Origin: an uncultured Candidatus Actinomarina sp. | GTDB lineage: Bacteria > Actinomycetota > Acidimicrobiia > Actinomarinales > Actinomarinaceae | Direction: 5' to 3' | Length of the DNA: 64,000 bases | NCBI GenBank assembly: GCA_902571385.1 | Contig: CACGBK010000002.1 | Coordinates: 56,684-120,683, forward strand | In this document: in pieces, positions 60,971 through 64,000 of the stretch | How the letters are laid out: each line of letters begins with the position of its first letter | How positions within the stretch are numbered: the first letter of the stretch is position 1 | Notes under the pieces: generated by a model | Told to the model about the DNA's origin: nothing | The model's input: only the letters and a program-made list of their open reading frames with translations | The model's database searches: none | Program-made: the position numbers and the translations under genes

Positions 60971-61412
60971 ATCAGAAGTACTTATAGAGATGCCTGAATT
61001 TGAAAAACAATACAACCTTGCGATGGTTGAAGCAGAAAAGATTTCATCAAGAGTAAGACCAAAACAATTTCTACACATTGATGAAGCAGAGTGTATTTTA
61101 TGCGAAGGTTGTGTTGATATATGTCCTTGGAAATGTATTCACTACTTGTCAACAGATGCTATTGAGGACTCAATTAATGTCGAAGCCCCTAGTATGGAAG
61201 AAAATGAATCAGGATTTTTTGTTGTTGATGAAGATGCATGTACTAGATGTGCATTATGTGTTGATAGATGCCCAACAGGCGTAATTTCTTTGGGTAAATT
61301 TTCTGGATCACTTGCAGATGCAGCAATTAATAATGGTGTCTATGAAGCTCCATGGGATGAGGACTCTGGAGAAAGAAATGATAGACATGGATATATATAT
61401 GGAAGACTTTAA
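60954..61412 (+). CDS. 2[4Fe-4S] ferredoxin-domain protein
   Basis: CILCEGCVDICP and CTRCALCVDRCP (two CxxCxxCxxxCP motifs). Confidence 0.8.
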   Translation: MVLMAKSEVLIEMPEFEKQYNLAMVEAEKISSRVRPKQFLHIDEAECILCEGCVDICPWKCIHYLSTDAIEDSINVEAPSMEENESGFFVVDEDACTRCALCVDRCPTGVISLGKFSGSLADAAINNGVYEAPWDEDSGERNDRHGYIYGRL

Positions 61413-62192
61413 ATGAAGAATGAAAAAATAAAGTTTAGAGATCGTGTAAAAGATATAAGTGCAGGTCTAGGAGACTCACTAAAAGAAAGCTCATTGTGGG
61501 GAAGTATCTTTCGTCCAGGATCCCCATTTAGAAAAGGATATTCTGATAGCCCAAGAAACAGATCATATGTTGTTATGAACAATGTTTTGTACCATCTTCA
61601 CCCTGTAAAAGTTAAAAGACATGGTGTGAGATTGTCTTACACATTATGTCTTGGAGGTTTAAGCTTTTTTACATTTATTGTTCTTACAATTACAGGAATT
61701 TGGTTGATGTTTTATTTTAGACCAACGGAAATGGCTTATGTTGATATTCAATCTCTACAAACTTCAATAGCTTTTGGTTCATTAGTAAGAAATATGCACA
61801 GGTGGGCTGCACACATAATGGTCATCGTAGTCTTTCTACATATGTCAAGAGTGTTTTATCACGGAGCATATAAAGCACCAAGAGAGTTTAACTGGGTAAT
61901 TGGAGTTATCTTGCTTTTGTTAACTTTGCTTCTATCTTTTACTGGATATCTTCTTCCATGGGATCAGCTAGCTATTTGGGCGGTAACGGTTGGTGGAAAC
62001 ATGGCTAGTTACACACCTGTAATTGGTGCACAGGTAAAGTTTGCCTTATTTGCAGGGTTAGAAGCTACAGAAGCTACTTTGCTTCGTTTCTATGTTCTAC
62101 ATGTTTTATTTCTCCCATTCATAATTGTTATATTTATGGCGATCCATTTTTGGAGAGTCAGAAAGGATGGAGGGATCTCTGGTCCCCTCTAG
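61413..62192 (+). CDS. petB: Cytochrome b6 (N-terminal half of split cytochrome b)
   Basis: RNMHRWAAHIMVIVVFLHMSRVFYHGAYKAPREFNWVIGVILLLLTLLLSFTGYLLPWDQLAIWAVTVG: both heme-ligating His pairs and PEWY-preceding region of cyt b/b6; ATG immediately after ferredoxin stop. Confidence 0.9.
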   Translation: MKNEKIKFRDRVKDISAGLGDSLKESSLWGSIFRPGSPFRKGYSDSPRNRSYVVMNNVLYHLHPVKVKRHGVRLSYTLCLGGLSFFTFIVLTITGIWLMFYFRPTEMAYVDIQSLQTSIAFGSLVRNMHRWAAHIMVIVVFLHMSRVFYHGAYKAPREFNWVIGVILLLLTLLLSFTGYLLPWDQLAIWAVTVGGNMASYTPVIGAQVKFALFAGLEATEATLLRFYVLHVLFLPFIIVIFMAIHFWRVRKDGGISGPL

Positions 62193-62203
62193 TTTTAAGT
62201 TAC

Positions 62204-62989
62204 ATGGTTGATATTCCTGAACACTTATTAATAAAAACAGCTGAGGCAAGAGCAAAAGCTTTAGGTATATCTGTGGAGCAAGCTTTAGCAGAAATGAAAG
62301 GTGAGGCAGAGCCTACAACTATTTCGAAAGAACCAGAAGTCATAGATGTAAAACCAATTGAAGTCAAAGAAGCACCAGCACCTGCAGCTGAAGTCAAAGA
62401 AGCACCAGCACCTGCGGCAGCAGTAAAAACTGACATACCGGCTGAAGTAGAATTTGCTCCAGAAACAAGAGTTACACAGAGACTATTGACAGTTGTAAAA
62501 GCCAAACCAATACAAAAACCAACCTCCGAGCCAGTAGATAAAGTAAATACCTGGCCACATTTAATGCTTCCAGAATTTATATCTTTAATGGCTATGACAG
62601 CTTTTCTTATTTTTATTAGTGCAATTTTGCAGGCCCCATTACTTGAGGAAGCAAATCCAAACATTACTCCAAACCCTGCAAAAGCACCTTGGTATTTCCT
62701 TGGTTTACAAGAATTACTTTCATACTGGGATCCCCAAATTGCTGGAGTTATGATACCTCTAATTATTGGTGTTGTAGCATTTATGGCTATTCCATATATA
62801 GATAGAAATAAGGATAATAAACCCTCAAAAAGAAAATATGCAATTATGCTTTGGACATTTTTTCTGGCAGGAGCGGGAACGCTGAGTTTAATTGGTATAT
62901 TATTTAGAGGCCCAGGTTGGAACTGGACATATCCATGGATTGATGGTGTTTGGTTTGATGACTTACTTGACTGGGTCCATTTCGAATGA
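62204..62989 (+). CDS. petD: Cytochrome b6f-type subunit IV (C-terminal half of split cytochrome b) with ~130-aa N-terminal extension
   Basis: PNPAKAPWYFLGLQELLSY (PEWY-like quinol-oxidation motif) plus 3 TM helices; N-terminal extension carries tandem EVKEAPAPAA repeat; start placed at ATG 62204 to avoid 43-bp overlap with b6. Confidence 0.8.
   Translation: MVDIPEHLLIKTAEARAKALGISVEQALAEMKGEAEPTTISKEPEVIDVKPIEVKEAPAPAAEVKEAPAPAAAVKTDIPAEVEFAPETRVTQRLLTVVKAKPIQKPTSEPVDKVNTWPHLMLPEFISLMAMTAFLIFISAILQAPLLEEANPNITPNPAKAPWYFLGLQELLSYWDPQIAGVMIPLIIGVVAFMAIPYIDRNKDNKPSKRKYAIMLWTFFLAGAGTLSLIGILFRGPGWNWTYPWIDGVWFDDLLDWVHFE
62360..62419. repeat. In-frame 30-nt tandem duplication (GAAGTCAAAGAAGCACCAGCACCTGCAGCT x2) in subunit IV extension
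   Basis: Units 62360-62389 and 62390-62419 differ at 2 positions. Confidence 0.85.
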
Positions 62990-63864
62990 GCCTGGTACAA
63001 CTTTCATTTATCGCAATTGCCTTTATCGGTTTGTTTGGCGTTATTGGAATCATTGCAGTAGTTACTGGTAGAACACCTAAAGCTGTTAATAAAAGGCTGA
63101 ATTGGAAGAAAAATTTAGATAAGCGAGCACTAAAAGTAGATAAGTCGCAAACAAACTTTTTAGCTCCCGAAGAACCTGAAAATGAAGAAGAAAATTTGTC
63201 TGATGATATTGATGAAAATGATGATATTCAAACAGATGGATCGATAAAAGTAAAAGAAGAAATAATTTACGAAGAAATATCAGAAGAAGAAGCTGGAATG
63301 ACTCGTAGACAATTCCTTGGAAAAGCATTAGGAATTACTTTCGGTGCTTTCGCTGGAATTCAATTAATTTCTTGGCTGGGATTTTTCTATCCTAAGGTCT
63401 CTGGAGGTTTCGGTTCTAAAATCGACGCAGGAAGAGTTCAAGATTTAAAAGACCAAATTTTTCAATCTGACGGATCTGTGATTCCTGCTTTTATCCCAGC
63501 TGCAAGAGCTTATGTATTACCATTCGAACAATCAGGAAACTCACAATTTTCTGACAGTGGAACAGTTGCTGATGGACTTGTTGCTGTTTATCAAAGGTGT
63601 GTACATCTTGGTTGTAGAGTCCCATGGTGTAATACCTCTCAAGGGTTTGAATGCCCTTGTCACGGATCAAAATATAATATGGTTGGCGAGTACTATGCTG
63701 GACCAGCACCTCGTAATCTTGATAGATTTATAGTAAATGTAAACTCATCTGGAAAATTTATTATTGATACGGGTTCTATCATAGAATCTCCACGTGCTGC
63801 TGGAATGTCAGTTAAATATCCCCAAGGTATTTCATGTATTACTATTGCTGCACCTGAGGAATAA
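62986..63864 (+). CDS. petC: Rieske [2Fe-2S] iron-sulfur subunit
   Basis: CVHLGC...CPCHGSKY Rieske boxes; N-terminal TM helix; acidic DDIDENDD linker; ATGA overlap with subunit IV stop. Confidence 0.85.
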   Translation: MSLVQLSFIAIAFIGLFGVIGIIAVVTGRTPKAVNKRLNWKKNLDKRALKVDKSQTNFLAPEEPENEEENLSDDIDENDDIQTDGSIKVKEEIIYEEISEEEAGMTRRQFLGKALGITFGAFAGIQLISWLGFFYPKVSGGFGSKIDAGRVQDLKDQIFQSDGSVIPAFIPAARAYVLPFEQSGNSQFSDSGTVADGLVAVYQRCVHLGCRVPWCNTSQGFECPCHGSKYNMVGEYYAGPAPRNLDRFIVNVNSSGKFIIDTGSIIESPRAAGMSVKYPQGISCITIAAPEE

Positions 63865-63866
63865 TA

Positions 63867-64000
63867 ATGAACAGTTCACTTTTCATAACACTTATTGCCT
63901 TATCTGTGATAGGTGCAATTGCATATTTTTCTGCTGTTGGCTTTCGTGGCGCAGGAAAGATTAAAAAAGTACCAAGAAATCTTCAAAAATATTTACCTGA
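63867..64000 (+). CDS. Small membrane protein, 5' part (possible small subunit of the b6-type complex); continues beyond window
   Basis: ATG 3 nt after Rieske stop; MNSSLFITLIALSVIGAIAYFSAVGF single TM helix. Confidence 0.3.
   Translation, partial: MNSSLFITLIALSVIGAIAYFSAVGFRGAGKIKKVPRNLQKYLP

Noticed and set aside
2888-63733. Short ORFs from the track embedded antisense or out of frame within long genes (2888..3097, 5959..6192, 6198..6386, 8122..8334, 13168..13389, 13622..13873, 14915..15130, 17650..17916, 18931..19128, 20767..21060, 22547..22729, 27554..27745, 29299..29511, 30881..31105, 32980..33165, 47298..47492, 48409..48915, 49797..49979, 50284..50625, 52280..52471, 53233..53535, 53705..53908, 54490..54699, 55178..55378, 55907..56089, 57449..57736, 58615..59161, 60878..61078, 61078..61284, 62200..63000, 63086..63328, 63491..63733)
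   Set aside because: Each lies entirely within or overlaps a longer ORF with strong homology-type motifs on another frame or strand. They are low-complexity and are typical AT-rich spurious frames.
57845-63864. Assignment to ammonia-oxidising Thaumarchaeota (similar GC, PA-rich linkers, class II RNR)
   Set aside because: A canonical CxxCH c-type cytochrome and GGAG Shine-Dalgarno usage are not expected there. The lineage is left unresolved.
1-64000. CRISPR arrays, integrase/transposase genes, phage structural genes, rRNA
   Set aside because: No short direct repeats with regular spacers, no tyrosine/serine recombinase or transposase-like ORFs, and no rRNA-like conserved stretches were seen. 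The tandem repeats found are in-frame coding repeats (nrdJ, subunit IV).
1-64000. Viral (giant-virus/algal-virus) origin, suggested by low GC and Gmd/Fcl, AsnB, RNR and many eukaryote-type GTs
   Set aside because: The window also carries a split cytochrome b/Rieske complex, cytochrome c, rimK, SD-led operons and a cellular-type tRNA context. There are no capsid, packaging or replication genes. A cellular genome is far more likely.

Overview
The window has two compositionally distinct parts. Positions 1-45,200 are a very AT-rich (~20-27% G+C) cell-surface glycan biosynthesis island that ends at a minus-strand tRNA-Val(UAC) gene (45204..45277). From there to the window end lies a higher-GC (~33-40%) core-like region. 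G+C figures are hand counts of sampled 60-nt lines.

The island encodes the following.
- Sugar-nucleotide pathways: heptose (GHMP kinase, GmhA-like isomerase, transaldolase); GDP-fucose (Gmd, Fcl, plus a divergent Gmd-like paralog); a CDP-3,6-dideoxyhexose pathway (DdhA/RfbF, DdhB/RfbG, SDR reductase, RmlC-like epimerase, E1 dehydrase with a 2Fe-2S motif); and an AsnB-like amidotransferase.
- About 20 glycosyltransferases, including families that are mainly eukaryotic: GT17, GT31/fringe-like x3, GT47/exostosin-like x2, GT61/DUF563, and GT8.
- An FkbM methyltransferase, an ABC exporter, two Wzy/O-antigen-ligase-like membrane proteins, and a GtrB/DPM1-like polyprenyl-phosphate glycosyltransferase embedded among four large unknown polytopic membrane proteins and a lipoprotein. 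This last module is a candidate GT-C-type glycosylation system.

The core side carries:
- an FAD oxidoreductase;
- a 1129-aa class II-type ribonucleotide reductase with a C-terminal tandem repeat and a Cys4 ribbon;
- a second small low-GC glycan islet (membrane protein, CelD/FemAB-like acyltransferase, GT4);
- two alpha/beta hydrolases;
- a DUF62 SAM hydroxide adenosyltransferase and a glutaredoxin-like protein;
- rimK with its retropepsin-like partner;
- a monoheme cytochrome c plus membrane protein operon;
- a divergent operon of membrane protein, 2[4Fe-4S] ferredoxin, cytochrome b6, subunit IV and Rieske.

No integrase, CRISPR array, rRNA or obvious phage genes are present. The host is a low-GC, marine-type prokaryote whose lineage I cannot fix from sequence alone. 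The c-type cytochrome argues against Thaumarchaeota, the respiratory and rimK genes argue against a virus, and use of SD-like GGAG before several core genes fits a bacterium.
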